From: Flavobacteriales bacterium
GTDB taxonomy: Bacteria; Bacteroidota; Bacteroidia; Flavobacteriales; BACL11
Reading direction: 5' to 3'
NCBI GenBank assembly: GCA_018645865.1
Contig: JABGVU010000038.1
Location: forward strand, 392-64,391
DNA length: 64,000 nt
Shown: positions 10,424 to 19,409 of the stretch, piece by piece
How positions within the stretch are numbered: the first letter of the stretch is position 1
How the letters are laid out: each line of letters begins with the position of its first letter
Translations under genes and position numbers: made by a program
The notes under the pieces: model-generated
Told to the model about the DNA's origin: nothing
Databases searched by the model: none
What the model saw: the letters and a program-made list of their open reading frames with translations, nothing else

Positions 10424-11071
10424 ATGAAATTACACAAAGAAGGAAGAGTAACGTTAACTATTGAAATTTTAACTTTTAGTTTCTTTAACTATTTAGCATA
10501 TACATATGCACATGAATATGTAGCTTGTCTTACATCTACAATAACACTTTTTTTACTCATCATGAGCTTAAACTTCTTTCGTATTCCTAAACGTGAGTTC
10601 GAAAGAAAAGAAGGAATAGTTTACGCTCCTTGTGATGGTAAAGTAGTGGTGATTGAACAAACAGAAGAAACAGAGTATTACAAGGACAAAAGAATCCAAG
10701 TAAGTATCTTTATGTCTCCACTTAATGTACACAACCAAGTGTATCCTATTAGTGGAAATGTAAAATACACGAAATATCATCCTGGTAAGTTTTTAGTCGC
10801 TTGGCATCCTAAAGCATCAACAGACAATGAAAGAAGTACTATAGTGGTTGAAAATGATAAAATTTCTATTCTTTTTAGACAAATTGCAGGTGCAGTCGCT
10901 CGTAGAATTATGACTTACTCAAAGAAAAATGATACTGCCAATGTAGCGGATGAATTTGGGTTCATTAAATTTGGATCAAGAGTAGATTTGTTTTTCCCAA
11001 TTGGCACAAAGATAAATGCACAACTAGAAGAAAAAGTAATTGGAGGGCAAAGTGTAATTGCTAATTACTAA
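10424..11071 (+). CDS. psd: phosphatidylserine decarboxylase proenzyme
   Basis: 215 aa, immediately after cdsA (1-nt gap). C-terminal FGSRVDLF self-cleavage-type motif and two N-terminal TM segments. Confidence 0.85.
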   Translation: MKLHKEGRVTLTIEILTFSFFNYLAYTYAHEYVACLTSTITLFLLIMSLNFFRIPKREFERKEGIVYAPCDGKVVVIEQTEETEYYKDKRIQVSIFMSPLNVHNQVYPISGNVKYTKYHPGKFLVAWHPKASTDNERSTIVVENDKISILFRQIAGAVARRIMTYSKKNDTANVADEFGFIKFGSRVDLFFPIGTKINAQLEEKVIGGQSVIANY

Positions 11072-11099
11072 TGAAAAGGATATCTTTCAACTATTTTAC

Positions 11100-11107
11100 T
11101 ATATTTG
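11100..11107 (+). promoter_or_regulatory. Bacteroidota-type -7 promoter box TATATTTG
   Basis: Exact TAnnTTTG match, 26 nt upstream of the ATG at 11134. Confidence 0.55.
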
Positions 11108-11133
11108 CCTAAAATAAATTAAAAATTATAACA

Positions 11134-11562
11134 ATGAAAAAATTATCAATCTTACTTTTATCTGTATTCTTTATTGGAATCGCTAATGTAAATGCTCAAA
11201 CCGATGTAACTACTGAAACTGTAGCAGGAATTGAAAAAGTAAAAAAAGTTAAAACTTGTGCTAAAACAGGTAAAGTTTGTGATGCAACTTGTAAAAACAA
11301 GAAAAATGGCACCTGTTGTAAAGGTGAGAAAAAGAAATCTTGTTCAAAATCAGAGAAAGCTGCTTGTTCAAAATCAAAGTCTTCATGTAATAAAAGTAAA
11401 AAAGGTTCATTTAACTTTGATAAGTCTAACAACTATGGAGACAAGAAATCTTCTTGCAGTAAAAAAGTAAAGAAAGGATGTTGTAAAAAAGACGCTAAAA
11501 AATGTGGTGATGATTGTACTAAACCATGTTGTGCAGTTCCACCAGTACCTGCTAACGAATAA
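11134..11562 (+). CDS. secreted lysine/cysteine-rich low-complexity protein (function unknown)
   Basis: 142 aa with signal peptide MKKLSILLLSVFFIGIANVNA/Q. By my count the mature part has 15 Cys (including three CC pairs) and about 32 Lys. It has its own -7 box and a strong terminator. Confidence 0.7.
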   Translation: MKKLSILLLSVFFIGIANVNAQTDVTTETVAGIEKVKKVKTCAKTGKVCDATCKNKKNGTCCKGEKKKSCSKSEKAACSKSKSSCNKSKKGSFNFDKSNNYGDKKSSCSKKVKKGCCKKDAKKCGDDCTKPCCAVPPVPANE

Positions 11563-11582
11563 ATATAATTTCACATCATAAA

Positions 11583-11607
11583 AGCCACACTAAGTGTGGC
11601 TTTTTTT
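11583..11607 (+). terminator. rho-independent terminator
   Basis: agccacac-taa-gtgtggct: an 8-bp stem followed by a T6-7 run, 20 nt after the stop at 11562. Confidence 0.85.
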
Positions 11608-11619
11608 ATACCCAAAAAC

Positions 11620-12258
11620 ATGGAATTTTTACCTGAAGCAATTGATAACTATGCAATTAGTCATACCGAAAAAGAACCTAAGCTATTAGCCAAAATTAAT
11701 AGAGAAACTTGGGCGAATGTAATGATACCCAGAATGCTTTCTGGTCACTTACAAGGCAGAATTCTTTCTATGTTTAGTAAACTTATAAATCCTGAAAACA
11801 TTTTAGAAATAGGAACTTACACAGGGTATTCCGCACTTTGTTTAGCAGAAGGGTTAAAACCTACTGGAACATTGGATACCCTTGACATCAATGAGGAATA
11901 TACATCAATAGCCAATCGTTATTTTAAAGAATCCGATTTCAATAATAACATTAAACAACATATCGGTCAGGCATTAGACATCATACCTACCTTAGCTTGT
12001 AACTTTCAATTGGCTTTTATTGATGCTGATAAAGAAAATTACTCTAATTACTTTGATGCGATAATTGACAAAATGGATATTGGCGGTCTCATTATAGCTG
12101 ACAATGTACTATGGAGCGGAAAAGTAACTAAAGAAAAGATGGGTGAAGAAACGATTGCATTGGACAAATACAATAGGAAAATGCTTGCTTCTGATAGAGT
12201 TGAAACTATACTCTTACCAGTACGAGATGGATTAATGATTTCAAGGAAAATTAAATAA
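11620..12258 (+). CDS. class I SAM-dependent O-methyltransferase (caffeoyl-CoA OMT-like family 3)
   Basis: SAM motif ILEIGTYTGYSALCLAEGL and FIDADKENY. Start moved to the ATG at 11620, because the tracked GTG at 11596 lies inside the upstream terminator hairpin. Confidence 0.8.
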   Translation: MEFLPEAIDNYAISHTEKEPKLLAKINRETWANVMIPRMLSGHLQGRILSMFSKLINPENILEIGTYTGYSALCLAEGLKPTGTLDTLDINEEYTSIANRYFKESDFNNNIKQHIGQALDIIPTLACNFQLAFIDADKENYSNYFDAIIDKMDIGGLIIADNVLWSGKVTKEKMGEETIALDKYNRKMLASDRVETILLPVRDGLMISRKIK

Positions 12259-12270
12259 TTTATTTAATAT

Positions 12271-13434
12271 ATGATTGATTTCAATAACCTAAAAATAGCT
12301 TTTGCTGATAAATCAAATGCTGATTTAAATAGAGCGTATTTTCTGTTTAAAGGGATGAACATACCATTTGTTTCAAAATTACTTACAGGGTTATCAAAAT
12401 TTGCATTAAAGCTACAACTTCCCATAAAGCCAATAATAAAAGCAACTATATACAAACAATTTTGTGGTGGAGAGAACATAGAAAAAAGCCAAATTACTAT
12501 TGATAAATTATGGGAATCAAAAATTGGAACAATTTTGGATTTTTCAGCAGAAGGAAAAGAATCAAAAGCTGATTTTGAAAGAGCATTAAAACAAACACTA
12601 GCTTCTATTGAAAAAGCTGCAATTTCTGACAACATTCCTTTTTCAGTTTTTAAACCTACTGGTCTTTGTAAATTTTCTTTACTCCAAAAGATAAATGATT
12701 GCACTTCTCTTTCAGCTGTTGATAAAAAAGAAAAAGAGGAATATGAAGCAAGAGTAAATACTATTTGCCAATTAGCACAAGATAAAAATGTAGCTGTTTT
12801 TATTGATGCTGAAGAAAGTTGGGTGCAAAACGCGATCGATAGTATTGTTGAGAAAATGATGGTAAAATACAATACTAAAAAGGCACTTATCTATAATACC
12901 ATACAGTTTTACAGGAATGATAGAATAACTTATCTTAATACTCTCTTGGAGCGTTCAGAAGGTAAATTTTTTATAGGAGTTAAATTGGTGAGAGGTGCAT
13001 ATCATGAACAAGAGATAGAAAGAGCAAAAATCAATAACTACCCCTGCCCTGTACATCTTAAGAAATCAGATACGGACAGAGACTATAACCAAGCCCTAAA
13101 TATTTGCATTAATAATATTGATAGAATAGCAATCTGTGCAGGGACACATAATGAAGAAAGCTCACAGTTATTAGCTAATCTTATAAATGAAAAAGGAATT
13201 GATAAAAATGATCATAGAATTTACTTTTCTCAGCTTTTAGGAATGAGCGATCATATTTCCTATAACCTTTCGTTTACTAATTATAATGTCAGTAAATATG
13301 TTCCTTACGGGCCTATAAAAGATGTTATGCCTTACTTAATTAGAAGAGCAGAAGAAAACACCTCAATTGCAGGACAAATGGGACGTGAACTCAGAAATCT
13401 TGTAGCTGAAAGGCAAAGGAGGAAGAACCTCTAA
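12271..13434 (+). CDS. proline dehydrogenase (monofunctional)
   Basis: 387 aa with a TIM-barrel PRODH-like layout (VRGAYHEQE, FSQLLGMSD, PYLIRRAEENTS). Confidence 0.8.
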   Translation: MIDFNNLKIAFADKSNADLNRAYFLFKGMNIPFVSKLLTGLSKFALKLQLPIKPIIKATIYKQFCGGENIEKSQITIDKLWESKIGTILDFSAEGKESKADFERALKQTLASIEKAAISDNIPFSVFKPTGLCKFSLLQKINDCTSLSAVDKKEKEEYEARVNTICQLAQDKNVAVFIDAEESWVQNAIDSIVEKMMVKYNTKKALIYNTIQFYRNDRITYLNTLLERSEGKFFIGVKLVRGAYHEQEIERAKINNYPCPVHLKKSDTDRDYNQALNICINNIDRIAICAGTHNEESSQLLANLINEKGIDKNDHRIYFSQLLGMSDHISYNLSFTNYNVSKYVPYGPIKDVMPYLIRRAEENTSIAGQMGRELRNLVAERQRRKNL

Positions 13435-13880
13435 AAGTCACAAGCTCCATTCTCATTATTGAATGTAAATGATATCACTTTCACACTTTTATCATTGTAA
13501 TAACAAAGCTCAAAAGTAACTGATAAAGCATTGCCCTTTACTGAATTTTCAATTACAAAATACTGACAAGGCTCTCCATCTTCATCTGATAATTCAAAAT
13601 TCACTTCTCCATCTTCTAAAACGGATAATAAATCTTTTTTTGTCAAATTATAATACATCAACTGACACTCAGCTTGTGTTGAAAATTCAGGATCAATTAA
13701 CAGCACATTTCCTTCATCATCAGTTGTGTTAGGATAAAGATGAGAAATAACTCTTTGGTTCATATCAAAGTAATCTAGGTAGGCATAAAAAGTTTCTTTT
13801 AAGCGATTTTCAGGACCCATTGAAAGGAAGAAAATGCTAATTAATGCTCCAAATCCAAAAAACAAAAGTCTTCTTCTCAT
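13431..13880 (-). CDS. hypothetical membrane-anchored protein
   Basis: 149 aa with an N-terminal TM/signal segment. Last gene of the porX-tsaE-ald string. No recognisable motif. Confidence 0.5.
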   Translation of the reverse strand: MRRRLLFFGFGALISIFFLSMGPENRLKETFYAYLDYFDMNQRVISHLYPNTTDDEGNVLLIDPEFSTQAECQLMYYNLTKKDLLSVLEDGEVNFELSDEDGEPCQYFVIENSVKGNALSVTFELCYYNDKSVKVISFTFNNENGACDF

Positions 13881-13884
13881 AATA

Positions 13885-15090
13885 CTATCTATTTTCCATT
13901 ATTAAATCTAAATCTATAAAAGGAATATTAAAATTCTTACTTAGCATTTTATTAGTTAAATTTTCATGACAAGTATATACTCCATTTCTCAAACATTCAT
14001 ACTTCCTTATGGAATGTTCTACTCCTCCTTCTTCAGCAATACGTAACAAAATAGGCGTTAAAATATTAGAGATTGCCATTGATGCTGTACGCGAAACTCT
14101 TGACGCTATATTTGGTACACAATAGTGAACAACACCATGCTTTATAAAAGTTGGATTTTTATGTGTAGTAATCTCAGAAGTTTCAAAACATCCTCCTTGA
14201 TCAATACTTACATCAACCACTACTGCACCTTTTTTCATTTCACTCACCATCTCTTCACTTACTATACAAGGTACTTTTCCGTCTCCTATTCGCAAAGCTG
14301 CAATGACGACATCTGCTCTTTTTAGGGCTTTGCCCAATGCTTTAGGTTGTAAAGTTGAAGTAAAAATTCTTTGCTTAATATTGTTTTGCAACCTTCTTAG
14401 TTTAGTCACTGAATCATCAAATACAATAACTGAAGCACCTAATCCTAAGGAAGTTTGGCAGGCATACTCTCCTACCGTACCCGCACCTATTACCACAACA
14501 TTTGTCGGTAATAATCCTGAAATACCACCTAACATCAAACCCTTACCATTTTTTGTGTTGGATAAGTATTCTCCAGCAATTAGCAAAGCAGTATTACCTG
14601 CAATTTCACTCATACTCCTAACAATAGGTAATTTATTTTGTTCATTTTTTATAAATTCAAATCCAAAAGCGGTAATATTTTTCTTTATTAAAGTTTTAAA
14701 ATAAGAAGCCGTTTGTGTACTTACTTGTACTGCTGAAATTAGTTGCTGACCTCTTTGAATTAAAATTAATTCTTCCTGAGTTGGAGGTTCAATTTTTAAA
14801 ATAAAATTTGCTTTAAAAACCTCTTTTTTAGAATAGGCTAATTCAGCCCCTCTATCAGTATATTCTTTGTCCTGAAAACTGGAAGCTAAACCTGCTCCTT
14901 TTTCAATAATTACACTGTGACCGTTTGCAATTAATAAGCCAACAGAATCAGGCGTTAAACTCACCCTTTTTTCTTGAAATGAGGATTCCTTAGGAATGCC
15001 TATTTGTAATTGCTTGAAATTTGGTTTTACCTCAAGTATTTCTTCTTTGGGAAGTATTCCAAAAGAACTAAATATTTTTTCTTTTTTCAT
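13885..15090 (-). CDS. ald: alanine dehydrogenase / PNT-alpha family NAD-dependent dehydrogenase
   Basis: 401 aa. Rossmann motif VVVIGAGTVGEYA and N-terminal AlaDh/PNT domain (KRVSLTPDSV). Confidence 0.7.
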   Translation of the reverse strand: MKKEKIFSSFGILPKEEILEVKPNFKQLQIGIPKESSFQEKRVSLTPDSVGLLIANGHSVIIEKGAGLASSFQDKEYTDRGAELAYSKKEVFKANFILKIEPPTQEELILIQRGQQLISAVQVSTQTASYFKTLIKKNITAFGFEFIKNEQNKLPIVRSMSEIAGNTALLIAGEYLSNTKNGKGLMLGGISGLLPTNVVVIGAGTVGEYACQTSLGLGASVIVFDDSVTKLRRLQNNIKQRIFTSTLQPKALGKALKRADVVIAALRIGDGKVPCIVSEEMVSEMKKGAVVVDVSIDQGGCFETSEITTHKNPTFIKHGVVHYCVPNIASRVSRTASMAISNILTPILLRIAEEGGVEHSIRKYECLRNGVYTCHENLTNKMLSKNFNIPFIDLDLIMENR

Positions 15091-15092
15091 AG

Positions 15093-15512
15093 TTAAATTA
15101 TTACTTCAATCTTTCTTGTATTTCCTGCAATACTAATCTTTATTTTCACCATATCATCCTCTATCAAATTAGGAATTTTTTCTGACCATTCTATAAAACA
15201 ATAAGCATTACTAAAGAAATATTCTTCATAACCCATATCATAAGCTTCCTTTTCATCCTCTATTCTATAAAAATCAAAATGATACATTTTTGTATTCTCA
15301 TCAGCTTGATATTCATTGACAATAGAGAAAGTAGGACTACTCACTACATCAGTAACTCCTAACTGCAAAGATAAGGCTTTTATTAATGTAGTCTTTCCTA
15401 CTCCCATTTCACCATAAAATGCAAACTTTTTATGAACTGAAGTATAATCTAATATTTGCTTAGCAATAGAATTTAACTGCTCTAAGTTTTCAGCAAAAAG
15501 AGTTTTACTCAT
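15093..15512 (-). CDS. tsaE: tRNA t6A37 biosynthesis ATPase TsaE
   Basis: 139 aa. P-loop GEMGVGKTTLIK and SPTFSIVNEY motif. Confidence 0.85.
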   Translation of the reverse strand: MSKTLFAENLEQLNSIAKQILDYTSVHKKFAFYGEMGVGKTTLIKALSLQLGVTDVVSSPTFSIVNEYQADENTKMYHFDFYRIEDEKEAYDMGYEEYFFSNAYCFIEWSEKIPNLIEDDMVKIKISIAGNTRKIEVII

Positions 15513-17057
15513 TTATTTTGACTTTAAAGTAATGACTGGAATTAACATCTCCTCCATTGAAATTCCTCCATGCTGATAGGTGTTTTTATACAACTTAACA
15601 TAATGATTGAAATTATTTTGATATACAAAATACCTATTCTCTTTTGCAAAAATATATTTACTACTTACATTCTGAATTGGCAAATAACATTCCAAGGGTT
15701 TATCTATTTCTAGCACATCCTCTTTCTGAAAATCCAGATTTTTACCTTGCTTGTATCTTAAGTTCGTATTTACACCTCTATCCCCAATTATTTTTGAAGG
15801 TTTGCTAACATTAATTGTCCCATGATCAGTAGTAATAATAAGATTTGATTTTTGTTTGGCAATTTGTTTCATTATTTCTTTTAATGGAGAATGGGAAAAC
15901 CATGATGCAGTAAGTGAACGATATGCCGAATCATCATCAGCCAACTCTTTAATTACCTTCATGTTTGTACGCGCATGAGAAAGCATATCTACAAAATTAT
16001 AAACAATCACATTCAATTCATTATGCTTCATATTTGGGATTTGATTCACAACTTTTCTTCCCGAATCAATATTAGTGATTTTAGTATAGGAATGTTTGCT
16101 ACCTCCTTTGCCTAACCTTTGTAAATTATCGGCTAAAAATTCTGCTTCAAACATATTTTTACCTCCTTCATCCTCATCATTCATCCACATATTAGGGAAG
16201 CGTTTTTGAATTTCAGAAGGTAACAAACCACAAAAAATAGAATTACGGGCATATTGAGTAGCTGTAGGTAAAATACTAGTATACATTTCTTCATTTATGA
16301 CTTGAAAATCCTCTAAAACTGAGGGCTCAATAATTTTCCATTGATCGTACCTTAAGTTATCAATGACAATAAGATAAGTAGGTTTATTTTCTTCCATCTG
16401 TGGCAACACCTTTTTTCGTATCAAATTATGTGACATTAAAGGAGCATCTTTCCCTTCAATCCATTCCTTATAATTATTTTTTATGAACCTGAAAAACTGA
16501 ATATTTGCTTCTGTTTTTTGCATTACTAAAATTTGCTCAACACTTTTATCTCCTAACTTATCTAATTCTAACTCCCAATAAGTTAGCTTTTTATAAATTT
16601 CATACCATTCTTCTTTATTTAAAAATGAAGATAAGGAGATACTTATATTCCTAAAATCTTGCTGATAATTACTTGTGGTCTTTTCCTCCACCAAACGATT
16701 GGTCTCAATGTTCTTTTTTATAGCCAATAAAATCTGACTTGGATTGACAGGTTTAATTAAATAATCCGCAATTTTCGAACCAATTGCTTCCTCCATAATA
16801 CTTTCCTCTTCACTCCTAGTTATCATTATCACAGGAATATTTGTATACTTTTCCTTAAGAATCGTTAAGGTTTCAAGCCCTGATAAACCTGGCATATTTT
16901 CATCTAAAAAAATTAGATCATAATTATTTTCCCCCAATAGATCCAAAGCCTCATCTCCACTTTTTGCTGATGTGATATTGTATCCCTTTCCTTCTAAATA
17001 AATAATATGCGGCTTTAATAAATCAATTTCATCATCTACCCAAAGTATTTTTATCAT
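15513..17057 (-). CDS. porX: PorX-like response regulator: CheY receiver fused to a PglZ / alkaline-phosphatase-superfamily domain
   Basis: 514 aa. Receiver (ILWVDDE...DLIFLDENMPGLSG...) followed by a PglZ-type domain (VIVYNFVDMLSH, ITTDHGT). This matches the Bacteroidota T9SS regulator PorX architecture. Confidence 0.75.
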   Translation of the reverse strand: MIKILWVDDEIDLLKPHIIYLEGKGYNITSAKSGDEALDLLGENNYDLIFLDENMPGLSGLETLTILKEKYTNIPVIMITRSEEESIMEEAIGSKIADYLIKPVNPSQILLAIKKNIETNRLVEEKTTSNYQQDFRNISISLSSFLNKEEWYEIYKKLTYWELELDKLGDKSVEQILVMQKTEANIQFFRFIKNNYKEWIEGKDAPLMSHNLIRKKVLPQMEENKPTYLIVIDNLRYDQWKIIEPSVLEDFQVINEEMYTSILPTATQYARNSIFCGLLPSEIQKRFPNMWMNDEDEGGKNMFEAEFLADNLQRLGKGGSKHSYTKITNIDSGRKVVNQIPNMKHNELNVIVYNFVDMLSHARTNMKVIKELADDDSAYRSLTASWFSHSPLKEIMKQIAKQKSNLIITTDHGTINVSKPSKIIGDRGVNTNLRYKQGKNLDFQKEDVLEIDKPLECYLPIQNVSSKYIFAKENRYFVYQNNFNHYVKLYKNTYQHGGISMEEMLIPVITLKSK

Positions 17058-17111
17058 ATTTTTATTTGTTTATAGTTTACAAAAATTAAAAAAATTCCGT
17101 TATTTGCTTAT

Positions 17112-18356
17112 ATGCTAAACAGAAAAAAAGACAAAATAATTAACGACCCAATTTATGGCTTTGTAAAACTTGATAAAGGTATTATTACTGACTTAATTGA
17201 CCACCCTTATTTTCAAAGATTACGAAAAATAGCTCAATTAGGACTTTCTTACCTAGTCTATCCTGGCGCTCATCACACTCGATTTCATCATGCAATTGGA
17301 TCTATGCACCTTATGAATAAGGCCATTAATCAAATTAGAAATAAAGGACATGAAATATCTGAGGATGAGGCTAAAGGCTTAAAAATTGCTATCCTTTTGC
17401 ATGACATTGGTCACGGTCCATTTTCCCACGCATTGGAACATTCTATTGCTTCAAACATCCCTCACGAGCATCTTTCCTTATTGTTTATGGAAAGGTTAAA
17501 CGAAAAATTTAACGGAAAATTATCTTTATCTATTGAAATATTTCAAAACAAACATCCAAAGCAGTTTTTACATCAACTTGTATCCTCACAACTTGATATG
17601 GATCGCTTAGATTATTTAAAAAGGGATAGTTTTTTTACAGGAGTAACAGAAGGAAATATAGGTGCTGAACGCATTATAAACATGTTAGATATAGTTGATA
17701 ATAAATTAGTAGTGGAAGAAAAAGGAATTTATTCTATTGAAAAATTTCTAATCGCCAGAAGATTAATGTACTGGCAAGTATATTTGCACAAAACAGTGGT
17801 ATCGGCTGAAAATATGCTTATAAAAGTACTTCAAAGAGCAAAAGAATTATTAAATGATGGAAAAGAAGTTTATACAAATCCTTATCTTGGTGAATTTCTG
17901 AAAAATAATTATACAATTAACGATTTTAAAAATAACACAAAACTCCTAAATGACTTTGCTGAATTAGATGATTTTGATATCTATTCCTCATTAAAATACT
18001 GGAAAAATAATCCTGATTTTGTATTATCTTCATTATCAAAGATGATACTTAACCGTAAGTTATTAAAAATTAAGGTGAAAAACACTGCATTTACAGCATC
18101 AGAAATAGAAATTGAAACAGATAAATTTAAACAATCTCACAACACTACTAAACAGGAGGTTGAATATTTTATTTTCTCTGATAAAATTAGTAATAGCACC
18201 TATAATATTGAAAAAGCAAACATTAATATCTTAATGAAAAATGGTTATGTTATTGACATTGCTTCTGCTTCAGATCAATTCAATATTGAGGCTTTAAAAA
18301 AAACAACAAGTAAATATTTCCTATGTTATCCTAAATTGAAACAATCAGCCCTATAG
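17112..18356 (+). CDS. HD-domain phosphohydrolase (dNTPase-like)
   Basis: 414 aa. HD motifs HTRFHHAIGSMHL and LLHDIGHGPFSH, DRLDYLKRDS. Confidence 0.8.
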   Translation: MLNRKKDKIINDPIYGFVKLDKGIITDLIDHPYFQRLRKIAQLGLSYLVYPGAHHTRFHHAIGSMHLMNKAINQIRNKGHEISEDEAKGLKIAILLHDIGHGPFSHALEHSIASNIPHEHLSLLFMERLNEKFNGKLSLSIEIFQNKHPKQFLHQLVSSQLDMDRLDYLKRDSFFTGVTEGNIGAERIINMLDIVDNKLVVEEKGIYSIEKFLIARRLMYWQVYLHKTVVSAENMLIKVLQRAKELLNDGKEVYTNPYLGEFLKNNYTINDFKNNTKLLNDFAELDDFDIYSSLKYWKNNPDFVLSSLSKMILNRKLLKIKVKNTAFTASEIEIETDKFKQSHNTTKQEVEYFIFSDKISNSTYNIEKANINILMKNGYVIDIASASDQFNIEALKKTTSKYFLCYPKLKQSAL

Positions 18357-18371
18357 AATAATTAAAATTAT

Positions 18372-18379
18372 TAGATTTG
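18372..18379 (+). promoter_or_regulatory. -7 promoter box TAGATTTG, 4 nt before the lpxD ATG
   Basis: Exact TAnnTTTG; the sequence reads tagatttg-caaa-ATG. Confidence 0.4.
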
Positions 18380-18383
18380 CAAA

Positions 18384-19409
18384 ATGAAATTTACTGCTCA
18401 ACAAATAGCTGAAATACTTAATGGAGAAATAGTAGGTAATGCTGAAGTTGAAGTAAATTCATTGGCAAAAATTGAAGAAGGGAAGAAAGGTGACTTATGT
18501 TTTCTAGCTAACGAAAAGTATACTCCTCATATTTACACCACAAAGGCTTCAATTATTATTGTTAATCTTTCTTTTACTACTGAGAAAGAAATAGCATCCA
18601 CTTTAATAAAAGTTGAAGATGCTTATTCTTCTTTTAGCGAATTACTAGAATTATATAATAAAATTCAATCTAATGAAGCAGGTATTTCTAAGAAGGCAGA
18701 TATTGATGAAAACAGTTCAATTGGCGATACTGTATTTGTAGGAGCTTTTACTTCTATTGATGAAGACGTTACAATAGGAAAGAATGTTAAGATTTATCAT
18801 AACTGTTATATTGGAAAAAATGTTGCGATTGGTGATAACACTATCATTTATCCAAATGTATCTATTTATCATAACTGCATAATAGGAAACAATAACATCA
18901 TTCATTCAGGAGTAGTTATTGGTTCTGATGGCTTTGGTTTTGCTCCTAATGCTAAAAATAATTACGATAAAATTCACCAAATAGGAAATGTAATTCTTGA
19001 TGATGATGTTGAGGTTGGCGCCAATACGACTATCGACAGAGCAACTATGGGTTCAACAAAAATTGGTAAAGGAGTTAAATTAGATAACTTAATTCAGATA
19101 GCCCATAATGTTGAAATTGGTAATAATACTGTAATTGCAGCACAAGTAGGAGTTGCAGGCTCATCAAAAATTGGAAAAAACTGCATGATAGGTGGACAAA
19201 CTGCAGTTTCAGGACATCTTACAATTGCTGATGAAGTCAAAATTGCTGGACAAAGCGGTATTGCTTCAAGCATTAAAGAAGTTGGTAAAATTGTTCAAGG
19301 CCCGATGGCATTTGACATTAGAGATTTCCAACGCTCTTATATTATATTTAAGAAATTACCTGATTTATATAGAACAGTTAACGCAATTAAGAAACAGATA
19401 AATGATTAA
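18384..19409 (+). CDS. lpxD: UDP-3-O-acylglucosamine N-acyltransferase
   Basis: 341 aa with left-handed beta-helix hexapeptide repeats and the LpxD N-terminal domain ([16 protein letters not shown]). Confidence 0.9.
   Translation: MKFTAQQIAEILNGEIVGNAEVEVNSLAKIEEGKKGDLCFLANEKYTPHIYTTKASIIIVNLSFTTEKEIASTLIKVEDAYSSFSELLELYNKIQSNEAGISKKADIDENSSIGDTVFVGAFTSIDEDVTIGKNVKIYHNCYIGKNVAIGDNTIIYPNVSIYHNCIIGNNNIIHSGVVIGSDGFGFAPNAKNNYDKIHQIGNVILDDDVEVGANTTIDRATMGSTKIGKGVKLDNLIQIAHNVEIGNNTVIAAQVGVAGSSKIGKNCMIGGQTAVSGHLTIADEVKIAGQSGIASSIKEVGKIVQGPMAFDIRDFQRSYIIFKKLPDLYRTVNAIKKQIND

Noticed and set aside
11196-11470. ORFs 11196-11432 (-) and 11258-11470 (+) overlapping the Lys/Cys-rich gene.
   Set aside because: The AAR/TGY-rich low-complexity sequence leaves several frames open. 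Only the 11134 frame has a signal peptide, promoter box and terminator.
11596-11619. GTG start of the O-methyltransferase ORF at 11596.
   Set aside because: The GTG and the following codons are the 3' arm and T-tract of the upstream terminator hairpin. ATG 11620 (MEFLPEAIDNY) is preferred.
13431-13434. Convergent gene overlaps without terminators (13431-13434; also tsaD/hydrolase at 36871-36882).
   Set aside because: Short tail-to-tail overlaps are common in compact genomes. Nothing further is supported from sequence alone.
15513-17057. The PglZ domain as a marker of a BREX-type phage defence system.
   Set aside because: The PglZ domain is fused to a CheY receiver (PorX architecture). None of the other BREX components (methyltransferase, BrxC ATPase, BrxL and so on) is nearby. 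The neighbours are tsaE, ald and lpx genes.
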